DNA of 64,000 bases, from positions 15,624,001 through 15,688,000 of the forward strand of contig OX597819.1 of NCBI GenBank assembly GCA_951406725.2, given 5' to 3'. The first letter of the stretch is position 1. Each line of letters starts with the position of its first letter. Positions 27,756 to 40,625 of the stretch are shown here, piece by piece. The translations under genes and the position numbers were made by a program. The DNA comes from Octopus vulgaris (lineage: Eukaryota). A model generated the notes under the pieces. It ran no database searches. It was not told the origin of the DNA and was given only the letters and a program-made list of their open reading frames with translations.

Positions 27756-29594
27756 AAAACCTGCGTCAGTAAATAGAAACACATACACACACACATTAGA
27801 AAATAGAAACACATACACAGAAAATAGAAATACATACACAGAAAATAGAAATACATACACACAAAGATACAGACATTTATCATTTAACATTACTTTTTCA
27901 ATGTCGACAAAAGTTAGCTTGATAGGAACCAATGAGCCGGAGGACAGCACCAGGCTCTCCAATATCTGCTTTAACATGGTTTCTACAGCTGGGTGCCCTT
28001 CTTAATGCCATCCACTTTAGAGAGTGGACTGTTTGCTTTTTCTGTGGCAGCAGCACTTGTGAGATCACCAAATAATCGCAAGACCAGACCCCCTCAACTG
28101 AACAGGGTAAAGTAATGAGGAGGAGTGGTGTCTTGCTGGAGGGGTGAATACACAAAAGAGAGAAAAACAGTGAAGGCATACCTTAAAAGTACAAGGTGAA
28201 TATGAGAAAGAGAATAGAGATAGAGGTGTAGAAAAGGTGAATGGATAGGTAAATGCAGCAGAGTGTAAAAAGAGTGTGTATAATTGGAAATGGGGATTCA
28301 GGTGAACACAGTAAATATCAGTTGGATGGGGGGGGTGAAACAGGACAGTAGTAGAGATACAATGTGAAGTGGAGCATTTACAGCAGCGGAGTGAGTAGAG
28401 CCACAGTGAGAAGATTAGTTGTAGGAGCAGGCTTATCAAGCACAGTATATCACCATTCGTCTTGATCCTTTGTCATGTCCTCCATGAGGCTCAACATGTT
28501 GAGGTTAGTCTTCATTTTATCCCACATCTTCCTGGGTCTCCCTCTTCCACAGGTTCCATTCATGTCTTGTCTTCTTGTTTTGAGACAGCATTCACCTGGG
28601 GTGGGTTGAGCTGGCTTCATTCATCCTCAATGCTGCATCTCTCACAAACGCTGACCAGGCCTGGCGATTTGAGGCTAACAACCGCATGATCTCCAACCAC
28701 TCCCTATTCCAGCGGTGAACACTGTAGACATGGGGGCCTAGGTTGGGTTCCAGATCAGCCTTGACTGTCATCAGTCAGGTTTTTCATTGTCCACCACATC
28801 GCTTTTCCATTCATGTTTAGTGACCAGCACTTCTTTATACATCTGTCTTCATCCATCCACATCACACGGCCATGCCAGCACAGTCTTCCCTCTTGCACAC
28901 TATCTCCAAGCTAAACTGTCACCTATACACTTCATCAAACTGTCTTTTCTTAGGTTGAAAACTCCCAATCAGATAAACTATTGCAGCATATACAGATGGG
29001 GATTTCTCTGACCCACATCCTAACTTTGTGCTCCAAGGCTTCATTATGTGGTCCACATGCATTAACAACTTACTGTCATTCCTCACTTTTATATAAACGA
29101 AACTTGACTTCCCTCACTCTTAACCAACACACAAACATCATCCACATGCTACCTAGATATTTCAAGTTCAACCTTCATAAACAGAGGCCTTAAAAACCCT
29201 CCCCACTTAGGACATGACAATCTTGAACCCTTTCACACAGCTAGGATACGGATATTGCAGTATATCAAGAAAATAATCTGGGATAACATGCAATTAAAAC
29301 CTCCAAACTTACCACAAATGCTAAACATCACAATTAATAATGATCTTTCAAAGTAACCCAACAAAAACTACAATCCAAAAACCCAAATTCCTCCTCAAGT
29401 ACAGAAAATACTTCAGCCCCAAACTGACAGCTCTTTAGAAAGTGCAAGTGAAACACATGGAAAACTACACACACACCTGTAACAATACTGCTGCTACAAA
29501 CAAAAGATTCCAAGACAGCATGCAAAAGAAGGCCATCGGGATGATTAACAAGGCCTAATTCACCAACACACTCCAACCACAAGCCAGAAACATA

Positions 29595-30053
29595 TTTATT
29601 TCTTTACTACCCAGAAGGGGCTAAACACAGAGGGGACAAACAAATGGATTAAGTCGATTACATTGACCCCAGTGCGTAACTGGTACTTAAGGCGGCGAGC
29701 TGGCAGAAACATTAGCACGCAGGAAATGCGTAGCCGTATTTCGTCTGTCGTTACGTTGTGAGTTCAAATTCCGCCGAGGTCGACTTAGCCTTTCATCCTT
29801 TCGGGGTCAATAAATTAAGTACCAGTTGCACACTGGGGTCAATGTAATCGACTTAATACCTATGTCTGTCCTTGTTTGTCCACTCTGTGTTTAGCCCCTT
29901 GTGGGTAATAAAGAAATAGGTACTTAATTTATCGACCCCGAAGGATGAAAGGCAAAGTCGACCTCGGTGGAATTTGAACTCAGAACGTAACGGCAGACAA
30001 AATACGGCTACACATTTCGCCCGGCATGCTAACGTTTCTGCCAGCTCGCTGCC
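29595..30053. mobile_element. Nin-like SINE (+, 29691-29918) inserted into a same-family SINE (-)
   Basis: 9-bp TSD GGTACTTAA at 29682-29690 and 29919-29927; the outer halves rejoin into one minus-strand copy. Confidence 0.9.
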
Positions 30054-31564
30054 TTTCATATTCTTTGCTCACTCTGCCTCTTCGACCACTACTACAATAG
30101 CCTCTACTCATCAGAACTAGTTAGCTGCATAACACTTTCATACAACACTACCCAGCGCACCTACCTCTCATTAAGCATATTGTGTAAACCCACCCACCCC
30201 TCAAACTGTACATCAATGTTACAATAGATATCAGAGAAGTAGGAACTGAAATCAACTCCCTAAGGGCTGTCATCTTCTAGATAATTCACAGTCAAGTTTT
30301 GTACTAATGACAACATAATATTCCATGCCATAAAATACTTAAACACACCACACAGACATAGGTGTGGCTGTATGGTTAAGACTCCTGCTTCCCAACTACA
30401 TTTACAGGTTCAAGCCCACTGCATGGTACCTTGGGAAAATGTCTTCTACTATAGCTCTGGGCTGATGAAAGCCTTATGAATAGACTTGGTCAACAGAAAC
30501 TGAAAGAAACCAGTCATATATGTGTATCCCCCTCCTCCTCCATCTCGACATCACATGATAGTTGTAACTGAGTGTCACCATCCAACAAGCAGTGTCATTC
30601 ATTTCCAATATTCTGCAGAAACATGTCTGGCTATGGGGAAATATTAACTTGCTTTGAAACAGATGAGGGCTGGCAACAGGAAGGGCAGCTAACCATAGAA
30701 AAATCTGTCTCAAAGTCCGTCTGACTCACGCAAGCATGGAAAAATGAAAGTTATGATGGTGATAATAACCACAGCAATCTTCGAGTGCCTTTGGCAGAAT
30801 TCACTCCGTGTCAATCACTATAATTAGACGGATTCTTGCAGATACATTGACCTCCAGATTGGACTTCCTCAACTACATTACTCTCACCTATCAGATGGGG
30901 GTAGGTTGAAAAGGTCATAATACTGACCCTTTTCCCATGACTAACATAAAATGAGAATGAACCAAAGTAGTCAATCAAGATTCTAGAAATAGCAACCAAA
31001 TCTCCTTCATAGCACATTACTACAATTAACAAGAAGAAAAAAACGACCCAATGAACGAAGCCTGTATGTAGTCGTTCTCCTGCTAGAAATAACAGCCAAA
31101 TCTCCCTGGAATTACATTTAACATGCCTTTAAAAGGAAGACGTTGGATAACGTAGGCTTAAAAAGAAAAAAAAAACAAAAGGGATGATCACAAGTCTGCC
31201 TGTTCAACGCTGACATGGAGCTGAATATCAGTCCTAATGATGATATCGTGTTACCCATTCTCCTCTTCTGTGCGTTTATACAATGGCTGTCTCGTTACAA
31301 CATGCTGCTGGAATAATATAGTACACCATATATTCTACGGTGTAATTTATTACAATAACACACAGCTATGTCAGATAAGTTACACATCTCTACAACGTAC
31401 CCTCAAGACGTTTATCATGCACACGTGTGTAATATAATATCAATACAGAAAGCAAAAATGTGTAGTAAATTTTGGGCGAAAAACGAAGAAATGAAGTGAG
31501 GTTTTAATTCTACATCTATCGCTCTGTAAACATATACACCCAGGCAGAATATCGTTGACCCTAG

Positions 31565-31602
<38 letters not shown>

Positions 31603-32164
31603 TATGATAAAGAGTGCATAATTATAGGCTGCCATTTTTTATATTTAATATATATTTCAATGACAACATAGATGACTCAATGTCTATAGAAATATTTGTA
31701 TATACAAGGGCACAACCCACAGACAAAACACGTATATATACATATATACACATACATATTTACCATATATACTTATACACATTCATATATATATATATAC
31801 ATAATGTGCGTATAAATGTATGCTTGTGTTTACGTGTGAAATTTGATAATTTTTTAAAATATATTTTTAGTATATGAGCTTCACACACGAGTATTATTTA
31901 CTACAAAAAGGAGCTATGGACCCCGTTCTTTCCTCCCCCTTTATGAGTAACATACAACACCCATACATTATTATTATTATTATTATATACAACAATTAGA
32001 ACTGAACATCTACCGCACTAACTTAGATCGTCATTACAACCTGATCTAAACAGGTTCTTGATACTCAAACACACAAATCCGACAAGATGATGAATTGGGC
32101 CCAAGTCTACAACAAATATGGAGATGTGGCGTGGGCGCAACTGCAGGCTTGTTATCACTATAAG

Positions 32165-32222
<58 letters not shown>

Positions 32223-33714
32223 TGCTAATTTTACTAACAGAAAGGATTTCAGGATTTCAAGCCAAAACCGAAACCGGATCGCAGAAGGCATTGCCTAATA
32301 TATGTTTTTTAGCCGCAGGTCAACCTTGGTCAAGATATGATCAAAAGCCTAACAACTATGAAGTTGTTTTTGTTTTTTCTTTCCTTTTTTTACGTGTGTA
32401 TATAAGACATACTGTATGCCATGAGCCCTTATTTTGTTTAATAAGTTGGGATTTGACTTTAGGGTGATTTAGCTGTTATTTCTAGGAGACAGATCGTATA
32501 GTTTTCCCCTGTATGATTATCTGTATATGTTGTAGTAGGGGTGATGACGATGTTCTGATGATACGGACAGTACACCGGACTATTCCATTCTCAGTACCCC
32601 GCAGATATGAGTTCAAATCCTGCAATGGATAAGCTTAATTTTTTTTTTATCTTCTTTACTCTATCCAGTACAAATTTAATCATAGAAGTACTACTAAAAC
32701 AGTAGCCATTTCATTCGCTCGACAATACCACCCTTCCGCATACAAACTTCAGAGCAGTGACAAATAAAAATAACTATTATCATTATTATTGGATGTCCGG
32801 GTAAATATCCGGTTACAGTCCTTCGTGATTCAGTATCACGACATAACACAATCCCCTTGTCCTATAATCATCAAAACCCAAGTCTTTAGACCCAAAATGG
32901 CCATGATCAAACAGAATGACCAAACGACATAGTCTACCCGGATCAACATTATCGGATGTGTCGTTGTTTCAAAGACAGTAGGGTGTAACTGGACAGAAGT
33001 TTGCCTACCTTTTCTAGCTAGTCATACGACCACGTAGTCGCAGTCAGAATGCTGAGCCTAAATTACATTATAGCTTTATTTCCACTTAAGCAGATCTGGT
33101 TACAAACATCGCCATAATCGACTTCACCCTAAGCACCCAACCCCATCCCGTGTATCAACGAATACCAGTAATTTATTGCAGTCGAAATCAATCGACCAAC
33201 ACCTACACGTTACATTCATAGTACTTGTTGTAGTGGACTTGCTTTCCATTCTCCTCTCTTCAGTCAATACAAATTAAGTACCAGTCAAATACTGAAGTCT
33301 GTTTAATCCACTCACCCCTTCTTCTCCCCTCTTAATGATTCTATGTTAGAAGTCATCACCATCATCATTTAACCCCGTCAGTTCTGATGAAACAACCAAA
33401 CCTTATATTTCAGAGGAGCTTCATCTACAACTATTGTCTATTAGGACTACAGTGTCCAAAGTGACTCTTTAAAGACATTAATGTGCAATTTGAGAGACAC
33501 TTGGCTGCTATTTCCAGCAGGTCAAGCAATCAGACATTCCCTCGTTATTACGTGCCGAGGTCAACATCGGCTTTCATCCTTCCGAGGGCGATAAAATAAT
33601 TACAAAACATAGTACCAGCGAAATACTGTGGTCGATTTAATCGATTATGCACCTCCCTACAAATATTTCAGGCCTTATGCCTCAATCAGAAGCAATTATT
33701 ATTATTATCATTCA

Positions 33715-33924
<210 letters not shown>

Positions 33925-34133
33925 CTACGGCTCCGTCTCTTTCGCTCAATGTCTCTATCTCTGTCTCTTGCAGTCTTCAACAACACACAATTGTCTTGTA
34001 GGGTATATGGTTCACCACTCTGGTTCATAGCCGTTCTTCCAGGAGATCATCTAGACAAGAAACAACTGCTACAATCACAGCCGACACTTCGTTCTGACAG
34101 GACAGAGCGGAAACCATCTTTCTCAGATGCAAA

Positions 34134-34153
34134 TCTCGTAAGATCTCGTGAGA
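34134..34153. promoter_or_regulatory. Tandem TCTCG(T/C)GAGA-like palindromic motifs upstream of the pecanex start
   Basis: TCTCGTAAGA followed by TCTCGTGAGA, ~220 nt upstream of the ATG in a locally CpG-retaining region. Resembles the TCTCGCGAGA promoter element. Confidence 0.4.
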
Positions 34154-34163
34154 CTGATCGTTA

Positions 34164-34400
34164 AGAGAAAGAGAAAGGGAAGGTGAGAGAGGGGAGAAGA
34201 GATAGAGAACGGCAAAGAGAGAGAGGGGAGAAGAGAAAGAGAAAGGGAAAGGGAGAGAGGGGAGAAGAGAAAGGGAAAGGGAGAGAGGGAAGAAGAGATA
34301 GAGAAAGACAAAGCGAGAGAGAGGAGAAGAGATAGAGAAAGGCAAAGCGAGAGAGGGGAGAAGAGAAAGAGAAAGGCAAAGCAAAAAGAGAGGGGAAGGA
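34164..34400. repeat. Polypurine/polypyrimidine minisatellite, ~34-bp units
   Basis: Repeated GAGAGAGGGGAGAAGAGA(A/T)AGAGAAAGG(G/C)AAA units. Explains ORFs 34025-34622. Confidence 0.85.
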
Positions 34401-34923
34401 AAAGCGAGAAAATAGGAGGAATAGAGAGAGAGAGAAAAATAGATTGAGGAAAATATAGAGGAAAAGAGGAAGATAAAATAAAAACATGAAGAGAGTAAAT
34501 GAAATATATAGAGAGCGAGAATGAAGTGAGAGTAAAAGAGAGTGAAGTAGTAGAGCGATTTGAGGATGACGGAATTTACCGGATTTAGCCGAGTCTAATC
34601 GAATATAACTCGCGTCTTTCATTTCATCAAATTTCTCCTCTTTACGTTTTTCCTCTCTTAATCAGTCTTCGTCACCATCATTCTTATCATTACTGCTCCT
34701 TCGTCTTCTAATTGTTTTCCTTTCACTTTTTTTCTTCCTTTTCTGTGCTTCTCTTTTTCACTTCATATTTTTTTTTTCTTTTTCTCATTATCATTCTTTT
34801 CCCTCCACTTTCTAACTCTTCAGCTCCGATTTCTTTTTTAACTCGTCTTTTTCTTCTCTTTTCTCTTTCACTCATTCGGGATTAATGAATAAAATGTACC
34901 AGTCAAGAACTAGGGTAGTTTCT

Positions 34924-35026
<103 letters not shown>

Positions 35027-35578
35027 CACTGTATTGCGCTGTAAGGCTATGGGAGAGCATTCACAGCATCTCATTCTCCAGAAAAGTTGGAAATTTGTGG
35101 CACAATGCCAGCGATTTGTGGGTAGGGGTGAGTCAACTGGTACTTACTTTATCAACCCCAAAAGGATGAAGAGCAAAGTCAACCCCGGCGGAATTTGAAC
35201 TCAGAATGCAAAGTTGGAAGAAATGACGCTAAGCATTTTCCCCGTTGTGCTAACGAATCTCGGAGGGCGAACCGCTGTATAGTACTGCACAAAACGAAAA
35301 TAAAAAAAGGACACCTTCCCATTAACAATTATCGTCTGCTATCACTTCCACTACCAGCATCACCTTCAATGGGCTCGTTTTATTTAACTAAATCTGACAT
35401 ATGGTTAAGATGTACAAGAATTATGTCCCGTTTACCGAGTTATCTACCTTTTCTAGGCTTAAAACACGACGAAGTATTTACACCAATTTATACTGGTGTA
35501 TATAAACACAAATATGTACACACGCATAGATAGATTGATTAATTGATAGAAGGATAGACAATTTCATGTATATATATA

Positions 35579-37488
35579 CTAGCTGGGGTACCTGGTAATT
35601 CCCGGGGGGTAAAGATGTTCTATTGAAACGCCTTATTACTCTGATATAAGAAAGCAATTTCGTTATAACTGCCACAAAAGGTGTACTTTCCATCGCGTAA
35701 AAGTACAAAAAACTGTCATCTGGAGGAGGGAGGAATTGTTGGAGGTTGATGAGAGAGTTTTTCCGAGGTTGGCGAGAAAGTACTCTGACTCGTCGTGGCA
35801 TTTTAGAGGTGAACTTTATGAAGGCTAATTTATTAAAGGTAATATATAAATGTAATGCATATGTATATAAATATATGAATGAAATATTTAATGTTTAAGA
35901 ATGAAATGAAGTAAGTGCAATAAGAACGTTCACACTCACTGATGGACGCTCTCAATAACTGCCTTTAGCTTACAGAGTTCTTGTTTTTATAACTATCGAA
36001 AAGCAGCCAGAAGGATAGATATATTGAGAACAAATGATTTTGTTGGAGGTCTGTTGTCTCCTTTCCAGCCCCTGGTGGCCTAGAAGAAGTTAGAAGGGTG
36101 AAGTGGCAAAGACATTATTCTGCTTAGCAAAGGCATCCGGGAAATGTATAACTGCTGTCATTCACAGAAAAACTAATGTTTTACCATGACAAAAGTGCTG
36201 TTGAAGTATTAAGTGAAATTTGGCAATTGAGGATCAAATCCATGCTATGCCTGCATGAAGCCACTACTAACACGTTGTGGAATAAAACATTTTATCTACT
36301 GTCATGGAAAAAGTGTAACTGTAAAAATGCAGAATTATCGGAGCAATGGACATTGAAAAAGGTATGCATGTGTAAAAATGTATGAATGAAGTCTTGAAGG
36401 TTTAAGATTCAAATCAAGGAAGTGCAATAATAATGTTTAGCAGTTCAAAACTGAGTTGTGAAATGCAGAATTAGTTCGCCTGATCATGAGAATCAATTAT
36501 TGATCACTTCTTTAAAAACTGCAGGTGGTATGGGTTATTTCCCTTAGGTAGTTTAAATAAAATATTAGTAATATGTAGTAGATAGAAGGATCTATTGGAG
36601 GAGCCCTATTATCGATTTTTTCAACAATCTAAGTATGTCACGAGGTTTCCAGACATGAGTTCTACTCACGTGTCTAATAAAGTATAAAAGTGATATTGTC
36701 TGCAAAAGTTAAAAATTGGACACACAAAAAAATCAATATTCAAAGTAATCGAACATAAACAAGGAAACCTGTAAAATGTTTCTAAATTCAATGGCTCTAT
36801 TAGTTTCATGAAAGTGTTGTATGAACTCTAAATAAGTAAAAAATATTATGATTTGTAAAATAAGTATAAGTGATACAGGGTGTCCCAACTGAATGTGGTG
36901 AGGAAGTTTAGTTTCATTTTTTAAGAATTTTAAGTATTCAAAGTGTGAGTTCATTGTATTGGGACACACTTATTAAATACATTCTGGAATCAAAAATTTA
37001 TGTACTGTCATCGAAAAATTTTAACTGGAAAAATGCAGAATTATTGGAATTATGGGCATGAAAGTGTACATGCATCAAGAACATGCAATAATAAGGTTGA
37101 GCAGTTGAAAATTGTGAGTAGTGAAATGCAGAATTAGGTACACTGATCATGAGAATCAAATATTGATTGCTTAGCTAAAAACTAACACCTGTAAGTGCAA
37201 GTGCTATGGGTTATTTCCCTTGAGTGTTTAAAAAAATATTGTGCAGGCGCTATGGGTTATTTCCCTTGGGTGTTTAAAAAACATTAGTTATATGAGGTAG
37301 ATATAAAGATCCCTTCTAGGGGCCGTATTATCGATTTTTTTTTTCAATAATTCAAGTATGCCATGAGGTTTCGAGACATGGGTTCTACTCATGTGTCAAG
37401 TTTCATCAAAATCAATAAAATGATATAGGAGGAGTTAGATAACAACGCCACAAACAAACACACACCGATTTTCCACGTGTGTAGTAGA
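35579..37488 (-). mobile_element. Non-autonomous Helitron with internal ~370-bp direct duplication
   Basis: A|TC 5' end at 37488, GC-rich subterminal hairpin and CTAG|T 3' end at 35579. Segment 36301-36675 is repeated with divergence at 37007-37397. Confidence 0.7.
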
Positions 37489-38301
37489 TAAGTATATATA
37501 TATCAACACCCCCACACCCACACACAGATACACACAGATACGTGTGTGTATATATATATATGCATGTGTGTGTGTATATATATATGTGTGTGTGTGTGTG
37601 TGCGTGTTCATAAAGGATGTTTCTCAATTTTTTAATTAATAAATAATAATTCATTAATTACCTCTCTATTTTCTCATCTTAATATAATAAATAAATATAT
37701 ATATATACCACAGTTTATATAATTACCTTGCAGTTGAGTATCAACTATAATATTCAACATTCTTTGTATAGATCACTAACCAGTACTTTCATAGGATTTT
37801 GCTATCCCTGAATGAGGTTTGTAACCTTTGATTCTGCTTCTGTTAAATAAATTTTTGTTGCTATCACTATAGCAATAAATGAAATATGAATGATACTGGT
37901 AAAATAGAGCTGGTAAAAATTTACTTTTCCCTGAAGGATATAGCCATTCCTCCAAAAAATATATGTGTATATAAGTTATAAGTTAGAGGCGTTATGCCCT
38001 ATAAGGGATAGAAGTATCCAGAGGCACTCCTGGTAATTACCCCTGTAAGTATGGTCCTTGGTATAAGGTATATGGCAGCAGGTAATTTAAGAGGTAAACC
38101 TCTTAAATAAAGTAAGGAAGTTATTTATTTATTTGTGTAACTTTTATTTTTGTAACTTTTTATTTGAATTTTTATCTGAATTATGGCTTGTACTGTAGGG
38201 TTCAGCAAAACTAATTTAAACATACCTATTTTACACATACTTAAGGGCTTTAAAAAATTAAAATATAGTTTATTGTATTGAACGTTGATTAAGTGATATA
38301 A

Positions 38302-38397
38302 GGACCTGATGATTGGGGTTACATTTTAAGAAGGGTTCTAGGAAAACACGGAGTGGTTTAGGAACCCAAGGATGTACCTCATGAAACACGTGTTGCC
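38302..38397 (+). ncRNA. Hammerhead ribozyme-like motif with extended stem II
   Basis: CUGAUGA at 38306, then a long hairpin (UGGGGUUACAUU/GAUGUACCUCA enclosing GGGUUCUA/UAGGAACCC), GAAA at 38383, palindromic CACGUG and UU. Stem I is degenerate. Confidence 0.6.
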
Positions 38398-38457
38398 AAG
38401 TAATAAAACAGTAGGTATTTAAAATAGAAATAAAAATTATTTTTATATGATGAGATG

Positions 38458-39280
38458 TAGGGGCCAGATGTGGTGTGCAAGAGCGACACTTCCGATGGTA
38501 TGGTCATGTACTGCAGATGGATGAGGAGAGATGTGTGAAGAAGTGCCACTCCCAAACAGTTGAAGGTATCAGGGGGAGAGGTAGACCCAGGAAGACATGG
38601 GATGAGGTAGTCAAGCATGACCTCAGAGCGTTGGGCCTCACTGAGGCAATGGCGAAGGACCGAGATCTCTGGAGATATGCTGTGACTGCAAATACCCGGG
38701 CTGCTTCCTGCACCAGTTCCACATTCAAAGTACCCTGGATCCCAGATCGTCCCGCTGTGCTTGAGGAGACCTGTTGAGTCAAGTACATGAACATGAACAT
38801 CGAAATAAATATCAATGGAAATAGTAGTTGTGATACCTGAGCCAGTGGCACATAAAAAGCACCATCCGAACATGGCCGTAGCCAGCGCCGACTCGACTGG
38901 CTTCTGTGCCGGTGGCACATAAAAAGCACCATCCGAAAGGGGCCGATGCCAGCGCCGCCCCAACTGGCTTCTGTGCCGGTGGCACATAAAAAGCACCATC
39001 CGAACGTGGCTGTTGCCAGCTGGCTTCCGTGCCGGTGGCACGTTAAAAGCTCCGACCGATCGTGGCCGTTGCCGGACCCCCCTGGCACCTGTGCAGGTGG
39101 CACGTAAAAAGCACCCACTACACTCATGGAGTGGTTGGTGTTAGGAAGGGCATCCAGCTGTAGAAACTCTGCCAGATCAGACTGGAGCCTGGTGCAGCCC
39201 CTGGCTTCCCAGACCCCGGTCGAACCGTCCAACCCGTGCTAGCGCGGAAAACGGACGTTAAACGATGATGATGATGATGA

Positions 39281-39283
<3 letters not shown>
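38458..39283 (+). mobile_element. RTE LINE 3' end with tandem-repeat 3' UTR and (GAT)n tail
   Basis: RWYGHVLQM...GRGRPRKTW..DRDLWR; ~67-bp units GTGGCACATAAAAAGCACCATCCGAA... at 38845-39120. Confidence 0.9.
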
Positions 39284-39366
<83 letters not shown>

Positions 39367-39528
39367 GTGTGTGTGATTGTGTATAGAAGAATATATTAAT
39401 AAAAAGAATTCCAACCTTGTCTGATTTTCACGTTTTATTTACAATCTTATAATGATATATTATAAGATAATATATTATAATTGAATAAAATAAAATGAAA
39501 TAGTAGAATGTTAAATATTCATTCTGAT

Positions 39529-39573
39529 TGAACTAGTACTTTCATGCATTGAATTCTGCAATCTTCGGGTTCA
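39529..39573 (-). ncRNA. Minimal type I hammerhead ribozyme motif (PLE pLTR-associated, U4C variant)
   Basis: UGAAC-CCGAAGA-U-UGCA(gaauucaa)UGCA-U-GAAA-GUAC-UA-GUUCA: perfect 5-bp stem I and palindromic stem III, ~500 nt 3' of the GIY-YIG ORF on the same strand. Confidence 0.7.
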
Positions 39574-40067
39574 TGTAGTAGTGTTGACAGTCATGCTTCA
39601 CAATTTTTGACTGTAGCAAGATGAGTGATTCTGTGCTATAAATACAGCTGGGTAGGCTCCAGAGTGCTAGGCTTTGCAAACTGTATTCTGACCAATCAGT
39701 GTGTAGTATCACTCAATTACTTAAGCTGATTGGTTGGTTGAGCTGATTGGTTTAGGCATCACGCTTTGTTGGACAGGTCAAGAGTCCTGTATCTTGACCC
39801 TGGCCAAAGCAGCAATTGTTGGGTTATTTTTAGAAATGTTGTAAATATCCTTTGTCAGAGATTTTTATATTTTTATATTTCAATTGTCATCATCATCATT
39901 GTCAGCACCTTAATTATTGTTGCTAGTGGTGATGGTGGTGGCAATAGAACTTTTAACCCTAAATAAGATAATTTTCCTGCTATCTTCGTCTTGATCACCT
40001 TTAGTATTGTTGTTGTTGTTAGTGGTCATGGTCGTAGCAGTGGAAGTAATACCTCTAAGTATTATTA

Positions 40068-40625
40068 TTATTGCTTATTCAGCTTGGGTTCGAATTTATC
40101 AATAAAATTCTTTTCTCTGATTTTCCTCTCGATTTCACTTGGGCTGTGTAATTTGTAGAATGGAAATATTATATATATTTTCCGACCACATGTTGCTAGG
40201 TGGTTACTCAAAGGTATCTGACGGACCTCTGGGTCTCTAATCTGTTGCCGGTGTACACGTGAGCGTTCTAATAGTGCGTTTCCCGTCTGACCTACATATA
40301 TTTCTTCACAATTTGGGCATTTGATGCAGTAAATTAAATTTCTGCTTTTGCAGTTCATATTCGCGTTTGTGAATATTTTCCCGGTTTTTGCGTTTATATA
40401 TTGACCGGTATGTATGAATTGGCATGTGCCACATCGGCTATCATTGCATTTAGATACCGTGAATGTTTGGTCTTTGTTGCTGAGGTCAAATTTTGCCTTT
40501 GTTAGTAATGTTTTCAAGTTTTTAGGCTGTCTTTTACTAAGCACCATAGCTCGATCCTTGATTATGTCTTTTAATTCATTACTTTGGGCAATGATTGGAA
40601 GGTTTGCTTTGGCAATGTTGAAGAT
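40068..40625 (-). mobile_element. Penelope-like element fragment with intact GIY-YIG endonuclease domain
   Basis: Reading frame KCNDSRCGTC...NCKSRNLIYCIKCPNCEEIYVGQT...ER..VH...H...RE..FI.KF.P.LN is a GIY-YIG domain (LIY/YVG) with CxxC and an upstream Cys cluster typical of PLEs. It is 5'-truncated at a (TA)n tract. Confidence 0.92.

Noticed and set aside
33384-33395. CTGATGA-AAC as a hammerhead core
   Set aside because: No stem II or properly spaced GAAA; part of an old dispersed repeat.
34025-34622. Hydrophobic Leu/Ser/Phe-rich ORFs resembling membrane proteins
   Set aside because: Translations of the CT-rich minisatellite.
38845-39120. CRISPR-like periodic repeat
   Set aside because: The 'spacers' resemble each other. 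It is a minisatellite in a eukaryotic LINE 3' UTR, with no cas genes.
38379-39232. 220- and 242-aa minus-strand ORFs
   Set aside because: Antisense to the tandemly repeated RTE 3' UTR; no protein motifs.
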